The notes: generated from the letters alone by a model not told the origin. DNA of 64,000 nt from Candidatus Latescibacterota bacterium (GCA_965261395.1 OZ253462.1:2496001-2560000); one strand, 5' to 3'. Positions 28,375 through 38,641 are shown, numbered from the stretch's first letter. Numbers and translations: made by a program.

Positions 28375-31028
28375 TGCTCGACTCCCGCGTACACGGTGAG
28401 AAAACCCCTAGTCCGCGTCCGCGTCCCCTCGACTTCTTGGTAGCGCCGGGTCACGTCGAACCCCAGCACCGTCGTCAGCTTATAGCCCTGATAGTCAGAG
28501 ATATTGGTCAACTGGGCGACCGTCGTCGTCTCCCAGAAGCTGTCTTCGGCCCCCGGTGGCGTCGGCTCGCGCAACTGCCAGAAGTTGTGGTATTCGATCC
28601 CGGCCTCTAAGTAGCTGCTGTGCAGGACGGACACGCGCCCGACAGCGAGCAGGAGCTGGCTCCACTCCTTGCGCTCGGGCTGGCTGCGAAGTACCGGGAC
28701 CTCGCGGCGGAACTCGCTTTTGCAAGCCGGTCTTAAGGTCAGCTTGCCTAGCTGTAGCCGGTACTCGGCCTTGTTGATCAGGCCGAGGAACGAGCCGTCT
28801 TCGCGCTGCCCGCGCAATAGTAACGCGGTGCTTGGGTCGCGCTGGTGGTAGGACTGCCACTTGAACCTGTTGACGAACTTAAAACCGGGCCAGCGGTCGA
28901 AGTCAAAACCCAGCCAGGTAGTATTGACCACCGTGTTCTGCGCCGGCAGCACGTCCGGGGTCGGCACCAGTTCGCCTTGGGTATTGGGTAGTTGCGTCCA
29001 CTGCACTAGGTGGTCGAAGATATCGTCTTTGACGCGGCGCAGGTCCTGAAAAACCCGTGCCCGCCCCCAGTTAGTGAAGTAGTGATCCCCGGCCAGCATC
29101 AGGTAATCGGCGTGGGCGCGGCGATGGTCGGAGCGTTGCGCGATTCGCTGGCGGCCTGCGGTCGCCCGCAGATCGGGGTGCAAAAAGGCACCGACGTACA
29201 GATTGTAGCCCTTGCGGTCGCGCTTGTAGGGCAGGTCGGCCTCCTCGTCGTTTTCAAAGCGGTCGATCCAGCCGTTGTGGTTTTGGTCGATGCCGTAGAG
29301 GAACTCTGGCCGGTCGGTGTGGAAGCGCAGGAAAGGCTCTTCGTAGTCGGGCACCCGGTTGGGGCTCGAATGGGTGTCGTTCTGGTTGAAGTCGGAAATC
29401 AGGTCGTTGTTCTCGTCCCAGCCGGGGAAGATCTGGCGGTCCCTCGGCGACCCCTGCCGTGCCCAGTCGGGGAAGCGGTCTTGGTCGTCGTTATCTTCGA
29501 CGAATTCAAAGAAGCGCAACGGGTTCGCGTAATCGACGATGCCGTTGCGATCGACGACCTGGAACCCGGTCTGGTAATTGGGGGCGATGTCGAAGGCTTC
29601 CAACAGCGCGAAGTAGGGATAGTCGGTCTTGGAGACGTTGAGCATCCAGGCCTCGGCCTCGCCGCTGGCGACGTGGTGCTTTTCGAGGTTGGGGTTGGGG
29701 TATTGCCGGTATTGCTGATTGGCGGCGACTTCAAAGTAGGTGTTGAAGCCCTCAAGATCGGTCAACTCGAGGGTGAAGCCGGCGATCTGATTGGCGGTGG
29801 GCAGTCCGTAATCGAGGGCCAACACTTGCTGGTTGGACGAGTCCTTGACATTGCCTGGTGCCCGCGCCACCGGCACCGCCACGATCCGCTCTTGGAAGTC
29901 GATCTGGCGATCGGAGGCCATCTCGACGAGGTAGTCATTGGCCAGCACTAGTTCGACCTGCACTCGCTGAATTTCGCTGGGAGGCGGCCCGGTGTAGGAG
30001 CGGTCTTGGAAATCGTAGCGCAGGCGGATCTCCTCGTGCCCATCGGCGGCGAGAAAACCTCGGCGCTGGAACCCGCCCTCCACCAGCGGCCGGAAGCCGA
30101 GCTCTGAGCCTCGCGTGCGCTTGCCCTCTAGATCCCAGATGACGATGTCCTGCGCGAATAGTGCGCCGCCAGCCTCGCCGTCTGCGGGCGAATCGTCCTT
30201 AATGACTACTTCGATAAAGCTGACGTTGGTCAAGTTCTGCACGCCGGTGAGGTTGCCCTTGAGGATATTGCCATTGAATATTTCGGTCTGAGTCTGCGCG
30301 TGGTGCGCGTTCAGGTAGGTTCCACCGACCTTGACGAAGTCGCCGACCTGCATTTCCAACCGGCTGCCGATCAAGCTGGTGTTGTTGGTCTTTTCCGAGG
30401 TGCCCGTCGGCGAGCCGGTCTCGTCGATCAGGCTATTGAGCCGCGACAGCAGTATGGTAAGCGCGTATTTGTCGGAGAGCAGGTCCCATTGGATGCCGTT
30501 GAAGCGCGGCTTGGAGAAGGTCATCGGCGTCAGGGTGGTGCGGATCTGGCTGCCAATGGTGATGGCGTAGTGGTATTGCCCTTTGTGGTCTGAGGCGATC
30601 AGTAGCTGGTTGAACCAACCGGCGAAGCGCCCATCCTGGGCCAAAGTCGAACCAAAGGGCTGGGGATTCTGCTGCCGCCAGTCGAAGATCAGCCAGCCGC
30701 GAGTCAGATAGTTGCCATATACATCGTAAACATAGCTGCCTTCGAGCGAGGTGGAGACGTAGCGCTGGTACAGGTCGCGCGCGTAGTTAGAGTACTCCCA
30801 CTGTTTCCAGCGATATTCGGTGTACAGTTCCTGCGGGATGTACCACTTGCGCACGGCCGGATCGAGCGCGTCGAAGAGCACGCCAGGTCCGCGCGGTTCA
30901 AAAGAGACTTTGCCGCCGCGTTTGACGGTGCCGAGGCGCGCACCGTAGTCTTGGGCAGCGAGGGGCAGAGAGATCAGGGGCAGGAACAGGAGTACCCATA
31001 GCGCTTGACACCTTCTTTTCCCGATCAA
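28371..31028 (-). CDS. Uncharacterised large exported, probable outer-membrane protein (~885 aa), paralog B
   Basis: TTG start overlapping the upstream TGA; signal peptide; DPAVRKWYIPQEL, FVEDNDDQDRFPD, PDYEEPFLRF..DRPEFL, YQGYKL, VYAGV. Confidence 0.85.
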   Translation of the reverse strand: MIGKRRCQALWVLLFLPLISLPLAAQDYGARLGTVKRGGKVSFEPRGPGVLFDALDPAVRKWYIPQELYTEYRWKQWEYSNYARDLYQRYVSTSLEGSYVYDVYGNYLTRGWLIFDWRQQNPQPFGSTLAQDGRFAGWFNQLLIASDHKGQYHYAITIGSQIRTTLTPMTFSKPRFNGIQWDLLSDKYALTILLSRLNSLIDETGSPTGTSEKTNNTSLIGSRLEMQVGDFVKVGGTYLNAHHAQTQTEIFNGNILKGNLTGVQNLTNVSFIEVVIKDDSPADGEAGGALFAQDIVIWDLEGKRTRGSELGFRPLVEGGFQRRGFLAADGHEEIRLRYDFQDRSYTGPPPSEIQRVQVELVLANDYLVEMASDRQIDFQERIVAVPVARAPGNVKDSSNQQVLALDYGLPTANQIAGFTLELTDLEGFNTYFEVAANQQYRQYPNPNLEKHHVASGEAEAWMLNVSKTDYPYFALLEAFDIAPNYQTGFQVVDRNGIVDYANPLRFFEFVEDNDDQDRFPDWARQGSPRDRQIFPGWDENNDLISDFNQNDTHSSPNRVPDYEEPFLRFHTDRPEFLYGIDQNHNGWIDRFENDEEADLPYKRDRKGYNLYVGAFLHPDLRATAGRQRIAQRSDHRRAHADYLMLAGDHYFTNWGRARVFQDLRRVKDDIFDHLVQWTQLPNTQGELVPTPDVLPAQNTVVNTTWLGFDFDRWPGFKFVNRFKWQSYHQRDPSTALLLRGQREDGSFLGLINKAEYRLQLGKLTLRPACKSEFRREVPVLRSQPERKEWSQLLLAVGRVSVLHSSYLEAGIEYHNFWQLREPTPPGAEDSFWETTTVAQLTNISDYQGYKLTTVLGFDVTRRYQEVEGTRTRTRGFLTVYAGVEQ

Positions 31029-32911
31029 TGCGCCACCCCCACCGTCCCGGTGTGCACTTCCGCAAACGCATCCGACTGCACCCGCAACACCCAAATATAG
31101 GTCCCCGGCAACACCGTACTTCCATCTGCTCGCCGTCCGTCCCACTGCACCTCCACCGGCCCGATTCCTCGCTCATCGTCGAACACCTCATGCACCAATC
31201 GCCCCGATAGATCGAACAAGTCCAAGCGCACCGGCGCGGGCCGCGTTAGCTGCAACACGTTGAAATACACGTCGAGATGATCGTTGATCCCGTCGCCATT
31301 GGGCGTAAAAATGCGCGACCCGAACGCGATCTCGCCGACCAGCTTGCCGATCTGCGCCTTGGGGATCGCCACCGAGAGGTTCGATAGCTCGGGGAAATCT
31401 CCCGGCCCGAAATCCGTCGCCTCGCCTGGTGCCAACCGCTGCGGCACGGCGTCCGCACGGCTGTTGTAGACACGGCCCGAAAAGGTGGTGCCAAAGCGAA
31501 AAATAGGCAGATCGAAGGTGAACTCCAGCACTGCCCCGTCGTGGCGAATAAGGGGAAAACTGAGACCGAAGCTGTCGTCGCGAATAAAATCCATCGCAAA
31601 GTCGAGCGGCTGCCCGTCGAGTGTTACCTCACGCATCGCCGTGATTGGTACATTGGCGTCGATTTCCAACCGGTCAAAACCGCGCACCTCTCCGGTGGTG
31701 CGCAGTCGCACCGCGTAGCGGAAAGTCGCTGGCTTTTCCGCCTCGGCCAGCCGCGGAAAAACCTCGGCGTGCAGCGAGTCCGCCAGCGGCGGCTGTAGAT
31801 AGTCAAAGCGCAGCTCGTCAACTTGACGTGCCTCGAAGAGACCCGCCGCAAACTCGAAGCGGAACTGGATATAGCGGCGTGGGGTCGGTGCCCTCACCAG
31901 CTCGTCCATGCGCACTGCAAACCACGGGCTCCAGTGCTCGGTATCGCTGCGGATGCCGCCGCGATCAGCCAGCAATAGCGAATCGACATAGCTCTCGCGG
32001 CTGACCACTCGCAGAGAGCGAACGCCGTCGGCGTCAGAAAACCATTCGCGATAGACCAGCGGTGTGGGGTCGGTGCCTGTCCGCACCCGTACCTCTAGGT
32101 CTGAAAAATCCGCATGGCCAACAATGTCTTCAATCCACTCGACAAAGCCTACCGTGGCCCGGTCGCCCAAGTCGATGATATTGGACAAATAGAGGCTCTG
32201 CTGCAGAAAGCCCGTGCCATAGACCTCGACCTCGTCAATTTCAAAAGGCACGTCGGCCAGCGATTTGATCTTGACGAAGCGCGCGTATTGCGGTGGGACC
32301 TCCACATTGACGACCGACTCCTCGTTTTGCGCCTCGCGCTGGATCAGCACATCGGGCTGGCCGGACGGGAACTGATTGAGCCATACCTCGTAGCCACGCA
32401 GAAAGTCGTTGTGGAACGGCGTTGCTGGCGTCGCCACCACGGTGTTGCGGGGGTAGAACTGTACCCGCCGTACTCCCACCGGCACCCCAAAGTCGAGGAT
32501 TACCCAAATGCCCCTCGTTGCCACCCTCGGTTCGAAAATTGTCGGTTTGCGCTCAAAGGCCACCTCGTGATCGCCGTTGACCGTGCCCAGGAGCTGGCGT
32601 TCGTGGCCGCGGCCGGCGTTGGGTGCTTGAATCGAGCCGAACGCTAGGACTCGCGCGGCGATGTTGATCCCCTCTGCAAAATGCAGCGGTCCGATCCAGC
32701 CCGGCCGATAGTCAAAGTCGATGGTCGCCCCCGGTGTGTTAGTCAACTCGATCTGGCCGAGCTGGACATTGAGTACATGCTCGGGTTTGAGACCATCGCC
32801 GCCCACTTGCCAAGCGGAGGTGCCTTGGTCGCCGAGCACGTAAGTCTGCGCTGGCTGGCCGAGGAGGCCGCTTGGCAGCACGAGCACCGCGACCCCCAGC
32901 CAGTTTCTCAT
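31025..32911 (-). CDS. Secreted discoidin-like protein with FlgD/CHU_C-type tail (628 aa)
   Basis: Signal peptide; ILDFG..ARFVKI..EVEVYG; FTPNGDGIND..FDLSGRLV..WDGR..PGTY..VAH. Confidence 0.8.
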   Translation of the reverse strand: MRNWLGVAVLVLPSGLLGQPAQTYVLGDQGTSAWQVGGDGLKPEHVLNVQLGQIELTNTPGATIDFDYRPGWIGPLHFAEGINIAARVLAFGSIQAPNAGRGHERQLLGTVNGDHEVAFERKPTIFEPRVATRGIWVILDFGVPVGVRRVQFYPRNTVVATPATPFHNDFLRGYEVWLNQFPSGQPDVLIQREAQNEESVVNVEVPPQYARFVKIKSLADVPFEIDEVEVYGTGFLQQSLYLSNIIDLGDRATVGFVEWIEDIVGHADFSDLEVRVRTGTDPTPLVYREWFSDADGVRSLRVVSRESYVDSLLLADRGGIRSDTEHWSPWFAVRMDELVRAPTPRRYIQFRFEFAAGLFEARQVDELRFDYLQPPLADSLHAEVFPRLAEAEKPATFRYAVRLRTTGEVRGFDRLEIDANVPITAMREVTLDGQPLDFAMDFIRDDSFGLSFPLIRHDGAVLEFTFDLPIFRFGTTFSGRVYNSRADAVPQRLAPGEATDFGPGDFPELSNLSVAIPKAQIGKLVGEIAFGSRIFTPNGDGINDHLDVYFNVLQLTRPAPVRLDLFDLSGRLVHEVFDDERGIGPVEVQWDGRRADGSTVLPGTYIWVLRVQSDAFAEVHTGTVGVAH

Positions 32912-35637
32912 CGGCTCAACCCCGCGTACAACGTCATAAAGACCAAACTCGCGTCCTGCGGTGCCTGCCCGGCAAAACGCCGCTGTTGAAACTGCACACC
33001 GGTAGTAGTCACTAGCTGATACCCCTGATAGGCCGTGCGGTTTTTGAGTTGGGCGACTGCGGTCCAGCCGAAGAAGTCGGCATCCACTTCCTCCCGCTTA
33101 CCCTCCAAAAGCCACAGCCGGCCCACCTCCAGCCCCATCTGCAATTCGGTGTTGAATATCTGGCGGCCGTAGCGAGGGAAGTAGCTGACACCCACCGACT
33201 CGGCAAAAAGCGGCTGCGTCCATATCAGGAAGAAGGTTTCCTCTAAGCTCGTGGATTCTAAGAGGCGCGTGCTAAAGGGCCGCTCGCGGCGGAACTCGCT
33301 TTTGAAACGAGGCTCCAATACGCCCAAGCCCACTGGGATGCTCCACTCCGCCTTGTTGATCGCACCCAAGAATCCACTGGTCTTGCGGCCCTCCCGCAAC
33401 CGCACCTCGTCGGCCGAATCCCGCTGCTCGACCCAATCCCATTTGAAGCGGTGCAAGAGTCTCATCTGCGCCCCTAGGCGTTGGTCCAAGTCGAGGTATA
33501 GCGAGTTTTTCCAGGCGTTCCGTCCCGGCAAAAAGTCAATCCGGTCAATCATCCGTCCTGGTTCCCCCAACGGCTGGACCCACTGCCGCAAATCGTCGGG
33601 GATTTCGTCGCGCACTCGGGCACCGAACTCAAAGACCCGGAGCTGGCTGCCCCCGGTGAAGCGGTAGCGCCAAGCACCTAGCACATACCAAGCGCGAGTC
33701 CGCCCGTCGCCGGCGACTAGCCGCAGGTCCTGCCGACCGATGCTCACCTCGAGCGCGGGCACTACCTCGGCCTTGAGGTAGGCGTTGAATCCCCGGTGGT
33801 CGCGCTTATAGGGGTAATCGGGCACGAGGTCGTTTTCAAAGCGGTCGATGACGCCGTTGTGGTTCATGTCGAGGCCGAAGAGGAACTCGGGGCGGTCGGC
33901 GCGGTAGCGCAGGAAAGGCTCTTCGTAGTCGGGATAGAGGTTTCTGTTTTGGTTGTGGTCGTTGATGAAGTCGCCGTTCTCGTCTAGACCCGGCCAAGCC
34001 ACTTCGCGCTGGTTTGAGCGGATGCTGGCCGGAGAGACCGTTACTGATTCAGTAATCCCGCCCCAGCGCGCGAAAAAGGGCCGCTCCCACTCGGTCAGGC
34101 CATTGAGGTCGTCGTCGTCATCGACAAACTCATAGACCTGCGGCACTGGGTTTTTAAACTTGATCCGGCCGTTGCGATCAGTGAGCCAGTAGCGGGTACT
34201 GTAGTCGTCTGCGATTGAAAAGCCCTCGCCGAAAAGCATCCAGGCACCCCTGCGATAGGCGGCGTTGAGATAGCCGGCGTGGGCACTGACGACGGTCTCG
34301 TGGTGCGCCGAGATATGGGGGTTGGGGTAGCGCGAAAAGCGGCGATTGAGCACCAACTCGCCCAAAAGCGAGAAGCCCTGCCAATCGCTTAGATCCCAAT
34401 TGATGCCGATCAACTCGCTGGCTGTCGGCAGACCATAATCGAGCCGCACCACCTTGGTGTTACTGTTGTCTTGGACATTGCCTTCGGCCCTAGCGATGGG
34501 CAAAAAGACGATCTCAGCATTGCGTCGCTGACCATCCGTTTGCAAGTCCGAGGCGACTTCTACCCTGTAGTCATTGGCCAGCGAGAGTTCGACCTGCACC
34601 TCGCGCAGATCGCCCGACTGCACGTCGTCAAAGTTGAGGCTGCCCATATCGTATTCGAGCAGGATGCTCTCTTCGTCGCGGGCAAATAGCCGACCCCCCT
34701 CTTGGAAGCCGCCCTCGCGCCGCGGCAGGAAGCCAATATCGCGTCCTCTTAACTGGCGACCACTGGTATCGACCATGACGATGTCGAAACCCGCCAGTGC
34801 TGCCCCAACGCCACCGCGACCGGGTGAGTCGTCCCTGATCCTAATCCACAGCTTGTCCAATGGCTGGTTTTCCAGCGAAGTCAATATGCCGTGTAGCGGA
34901 TTGCCCTCATTGAATTCCACCTGTGTTAGCACGTTGTGGGCATTGACATAGGTTAGCCCGAAATTCCCTACTGTCCCAGCCTGATATTCGAGGTGGCTAC
35001 CCATCACGGTGGTCGAGTTGGTCTGCGACTCCTCGTCGGGATTGCTCGGCCGCGACAAAAGCAGACTGGCCTCGTAGTGCTCGGCGGCGTAGTCGAGGCG
35101 CACGCCATTAAAGCGCGGCTTGTTGAACGTCAGCGGCGTGAAGCGGGTCGCGATCTCATCGCCGATCATCAGCCGGTACGACGATGCGCCGCGCTGGTCC
35201 GAAACGATGACCAAGCGGTTGAAAAAGTCGCGGTAGGCCGGCCGCTGACTGGCCATCAGGCCCAGCGAGGACAGGCCGCCGCCGCGCTTGTCGATAAAGC
35301 TGCCGCGCGCGCCGGGCTGATCCTGTTGCCAGTTGTACACCAGCCAGCCGCGACCGAGGGGTGAGCCGAAGGTATCGTAGGTCTCGTCGCCTTCGAGGAT
35401 CAGGCTGATATAGCGCAGGTATGTATCGCGGGCGAAGTCGCTTCTTTGGTCGTACCAGGGTGCCATATAGGTCTCAGGCAAGTAGCGCGGCCCGTACCAC
35501 TTGTGGATCGCCGGCGAAATATAGTCCATCTCAAAGGTCTCGCCGTGCGCATAGACTCTACCAATGCCCCAGTGCAGGAGATCGTCGCCCTCAGCGACGG
35601 ATGCCCATAGCAGGAGGATGACCGTCGCCCGCCGCAT
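32908..35637 (-). CDS. Uncharacterised large exported, probable outer-membrane protein (909 aa), paralog C
   Basis: ATG 35637 coupled to the upstream TAA; signal peptide; FVDDDDDLNG, PDYEEPFLRY..DRPEFLFGLDMNHNG, YPYKRD, YQGYQL, LYAGL. Confidence 0.85.
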   Translation of the reverse strand: MRRATVILLLWASVAEGDDLLHWGIGRVYAHGETFEMDYISPAIHKWYGPRYLPETYMAPWYDQRSDFARDTYLRYISLILEGDETYDTFGSPLGRGWLVYNWQQDQPGARGSFIDKRGGGLSSLGLMASQRPAYRDFFNRLVIVSDQRGASSYRLMIGDEIATRFTPLTFNKPRFNGVRLDYAAEHYEASLLLSRPSNPDEESQTNSTTVMGSHLEYQAGTVGNFGLTYVNAHNVLTQVEFNEGNPLHGILTSLENQPLDKLWIRIRDDSPGRGGVGAALAGFDIVMVDTSGRQLRGRDIGFLPRREGGFQEGGRLFARDEESILLEYDMGSLNFDDVQSGDLREVQVELSLANDYRVEVASDLQTDGQRRNAEIVFLPIARAEGNVQDNSNTKVVRLDYGLPTASELIGINWDLSDWQGFSLLGELVLNRRFSRYPNPHISAHHETVVSAHAGYLNAAYRRGAWMLFGEGFSIADDYSTRYWLTDRNGRIKFKNPVPQVYEFVDDDDDLNGLTEWERPFFARWGGITESVTVSPASIRSNQREVAWPGLDENGDFINDHNQNRNLYPDYEEPFLRYRADRPEFLFGLDMNHNGVIDRFENDLVPDYPYKRDHRGFNAYLKAEVVPALEVSIGRQDLRLVAGDGRTRAWYVLGAWRYRFTGGSQLRVFEFGARVRDEIPDDLRQWVQPLGEPGRMIDRIDFLPGRNAWKNSLYLDLDQRLGAQMRLLHRFKWDWVEQRDSADEVRLREGRKTSGFLGAINKAEWSIPVGLGVLEPRFKSEFRRERPFSTRLLESTSLEETFFLIWTQPLFAESVGVSYFPRYGRQIFNTELQMGLEVGRLWLLEGKREEVDADFFGWTAVAQLKNRTAYQGYQLVTTTGVQFQQRRFAGQAPQDASLVFMTLYAGLSR

Positions 35638-38273
35638 TAGTAGGCCACGTGTACCAATCTCGCCGCGTGCGTCCCTGTCGCGCCGCTGTCGGCAGCAAAG
35701 CCGACCCTCACTAGGTAGATCCCCGGTGCCACGACTGCGCCGACCTCGTCGCGGCCGTCCCACTCGACGCGCCGTTCGCCGCTGGGATGCTCGGTGCCTC
35801 TCGACAGATCGCGCACTCTGCGCCCCGACAGGTCGTAGATCGCCACCCGCAGTTGCTTGGTTCCCTCTAAGTGAAAAATCGACAGCTCAATATCCGTATG
35901 GTCGTTGATCCCGTCGCCATTGGGGGTAAAAACCTTGGGCACCACAGCCACGTCTTTTAGCAGCCGAGTCTGCTCCAGGTCCGAAACCACCACCAGCGAC
36001 TGACTAGAAACCAGACTTGAGGCATCTCCGTCGCTGACCAATTGCACCCGGCCCGGTTGGCTTACCTGCTCTAGTTCGGCGGTGAAGGTCGTACTTTGCA
36101 AAAAGACTTTGGTGCGGAATTTGATCTCGTAGGTGGGGCTACCACGGGATACCGGCTCGGGAAAAACTAGCTCGACCTTGCCTTCCGTCCCCTGTTCCAA
36201 GACCAACTCGCCCGGCCACAACTGCCGCCCGGCCCCAACGCGCAACGTAGTATCCCCGCCCGAGCGCACCGAGAGCAACTCGATTGGTGCGGCCGAGGAC
36301 GAGTACAGTCGCAGCCGGTCGAAGCCTAAGTTGCCAGCGGCAAATTCGGGCCGCAGGTAGAGCACAAAGTCCTGCTCTACCCCCGGCTCGACCTGCCACA
36401 CGGGCCAGATCTCGCCCACCATTTTATCTACCAAGGGCGGCTCAAAGCGCAGACGCAAATCGCGGACCCTCGCCGCTCGAAGCGGCTCGCGGGAGCGTAG
36501 CCTGACCTGCACTTGCACGAAGGCCCGCGGACTCGGCGACTTAAAGGGCATACCCGAAGCCTCGTACACCTCGCTCCAATTGCTCCAACTCGGTCCGGCG
36601 ACCTGCTCGATGACCACCGGCGGCCGACGGTTCTCGGACAGCACTTCCCACATTTCCTTGGATATCTCGCGGCCAATAGTGGAGTAGTAGTGAGGGACTT
36701 CAACGATCTCCTCGCCGGAGCGGGTGCGGACCTCGATCCGGGTGCCCGGCGGTTGTTCTCCTTCCCACTCTACCATCGAAAACAGCCGCGGCCGATCGAG
36801 CGGGATAAAAGGCGAAGTCATCTCCACCTCAGAGACAAACCCCTCGCCATAGGCCTGGATTTCGCTCAGGTAACCCTCGACCTGTTCATTGGGGTTGTAT
36901 TCGAGATGGCGCACTTCGATAAAGCGCACTTCCTGTAAGGGGAAGGTCTCCTCCAAGTGCTGGTAGCTGCTGAGATTGCGCTGCTCGCCAAAGGTGGTCC
37001 AGATCCGCTCGCCGTTGGGGCTGAGCGCTCCGTCCGACAGCCGCAGTTGATAGGCCAGCGGCGGCATCTCATCGGCCGGCGCGAGCAGCTTGATGCGATC
37101 GAGCCAGTACTTGGCACCGAGGTCAATTTTGAGCTGCCCTTCGTCGAGCACCGGATCGTAGAGCGGCACTCTGAAGCTCGAGCTGTACAACCCGTCGGAG
37201 AAGATTCTGCGAAACAGGAAATCAAAGCCGCGCTCGTCCGCGCCGCGCTCGATCTCACTCAGGGCCAGCTGTACCGCGTTCTGGCCTAGCGAATAGACCT
37301 CGACCTCGGCGAGGCGAGGCCGCTCGTGGCGGTAATAGCGCACTGGACCGCGCTCCTCCCCAGGCAGGTCGAAGTAATCGCGCTCGGCGACGAGAATCTC
37401 GCGGCCGGCAGCGGTGACGCGAAAATAGTCGATAGCCCCCCGATCTTCTTCCGCCAAGAATGCGTAGGTCCCCGCGCTGACTTCTTCGGCCCGCGGCCCA
37501 TCGGTGTCGAGCACATCAATGCGCAAAAATTGGACGATCTCGCCCTCGACGCCTTCGGGCACCTGCCGGTCGGGCGCGATGTCGAAGATGTATTCGCGCT
37601 GGTTTTTGTTGGGCGTAGTCTCCAAGCCGACGCGGAAGAACCGCCGCCGCTGGTCGCGGCCTTGCCCCCAGCGCAACCCATCCGAAGCCATCACCCTGAA
37701 TTTCAAGAAAGGGTCGCCCAGCCCTGCGGCGACAAAGCGCAGTACTACGCGGTGGGCGATCACTGCACGACCGAGGTCAATTTCCAAAAACCAATGATCC
37801 AGCGAGCTGGTACGCTGCGGCTCCCAGTAGGTATTGGGGTTGCCGTCGAGAACAAAAGAGGCTTGGCGCTGGCTAGTGCCCACTGCGCGGATGCCGCCTT
37901 GCAAGGTGTCCTCAGAGGCGAAAGTGCTGATGTAGGTAAAGTCGGGCGCGTCTCGCGCCACTTCTATCACCCGGCGCAAAAAGCGCGGCTCAACCGTGCC
38001 GTCGGCGTGCACCACCTGCACCCCGGTAGGTGCGTCCCAAGCCCGCCAATGTACGGGCCTATCGACGCGCACTTGGTTGAACAGCAGGCGGTAGCCCTCA
38101 CCTTCTTGGGCGGAGAGTGCTTGGACCGAGAACAGGCTGAACAGCAGCATGAGTCTAGGGCTGGCGAGAGTCAGGCGCGATAATTGCGTCCGTTTATTAA
38201 TGAACGATTTTCCGTTCTCGTTTTGGCCCCAGTTATGGCGACAAGGACACGGCAGGAGAGGAGTGTTGGCCAT
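35637..38273 (-). CDS. Secreted protein with two discoidin-like domains and FlgD/CHU_C-type tail (true start probably ~38150)
   Basis: LDGNPNTYW..EIDLGR and KIDLGAKY..IQAYGEG; VFTPNGDGIND..IYDLSGRRVR..WDGRDEVG..PGIY..VAY. Confidence 0.8.
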   Translation of the reverse strand: MANTPLLPCPCRHNWGQNENGKSFINKRTQLSRLTLASPRLMLLFSLFSVQALSAQEGEGYRLLFNQVRVDRPVHWRAWDAPTGVQVVHADGTVEPRFLRRVIEVARDAPDFTYISTFASEDTLQGGIRAVGTSQRQASFVLDGNPNTYWEPQRTSSLDHWFLEIDLGRAVIAHRVVLRFVAAGLGDPFLKFRVMASDGLRWGQGRDQRRRFFRVGLETTPNKNQREYIFDIAPDRQVPEGVEGEIVQFLRIDVLDTDGPRAEEVSAGTYAFLAEEDRGAIDYFRVTAAGREILVAERDYFDLPGEERGPVRYYRHERPRLAEVEVYSLGQNAVQLALSEIERGADERGFDFLFRRIFSDGLYSSSFRVPLYDPVLDEGQLKIDLGAKYWLDRIKLLAPADEMPPLAYQLRLSDGALSPNGERIWTTFGEQRNLSSYQHLEETFPLQEVRFIEVRHLEYNPNEQVEGYLSEIQAYGEGFVSEVEMTSPFIPLDRPRLFSMVEWEGEQPPGTRIEVRTRSGEEIVEVPHYYSTIGREISKEMWEVLSENRRPPVVIEQVAGPSWSNWSEVYEASGMPFKSPSPRAFVQVQVRLRSREPLRAARVRDLRLRFEPPLVDKMVGEIWPVWQVEPGVEQDFVLYLRPEFAAGNLGFDRLRLYSSSAAPIELLSVRSGGDTTLRVGAGRQLWPGELVLEQGTEGKVELVFPEPVSRGSPTYEIKFRTKVFLQSTTFTAELEQVSQPGRVQLVSDGDASSLVSSQSLVVVSDLEQTRLLKDVAVVPKVFTPNGDGINDHTDIELSIFHLEGTKQLRVAIYDLSGRRVRDLSRGTEHPSGERRVEWDGRDEVGAVVAPGIYLVRVGFAADSGATGTHAARLVHVAY

Positions 38274-38320
38274 CAGGGCTGAAGTCCTCAGTCAAATTGA
38301 TAACGTCGGAACCATCAATA

Positions 38321-38494
38321 CTAATAGAAAAGATATTCTCGGAGGTTCCAATCCGCGATCAGAGCGCCGTGTACGCCAAGGCGGAGAATGGCGCTAACTG
38401 CGATGGCGACGGACAAGCCCACGATATTGATGCTGGTCACCACTTTGTCGCGCAGCAGGTTCCGGAGTGCGATTACGACGTAATTGCGCAGCAT
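38321..38494 (-). pseudogene. N-terminal remnant of a MacB-like permease
   Basis: SD AAGGAG then MLRNYVVIALRNLLRDKVVTSINIVGLSVAIA; similarity is then lost and a stop follows at codon 58. Confidence 0.8.
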
Positions 38495-38528
38495 CCTGAA
38501 TCTCCTTCATTTAGTTGCGTTTGAGCCA

Positions 38529-38615
38529 CTCATAGCGCAGCGCTTCTACTGGATCGATCCGACTCGTCCTGACGGCGTGGTAGGCGACACTCACCCAAGA
38601 GGCGACCAAGGCGAC
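38529..38615 (-). pseudogene. C-terminal remnant of a MacB-like permease
   Basis: VALVASWVSVAYHAVRTSRIDPVEALRYE, nearly identical to the end of the 41108 gene. Confidence 0.8.
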
Positions 38616-38641
38616 GCGATGTGCATGCGGTGCTGCTGCAT

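Noticed and set aside
31029-31145. N-terminal extensions of ORF calls 28371-31145, 32908-35763, 23810-25051 and 53370-54977
   Set aside because: They overlap neighbouring genes or promoters; coupled or SD-supported downstream starts give proper signal peptides or anchors
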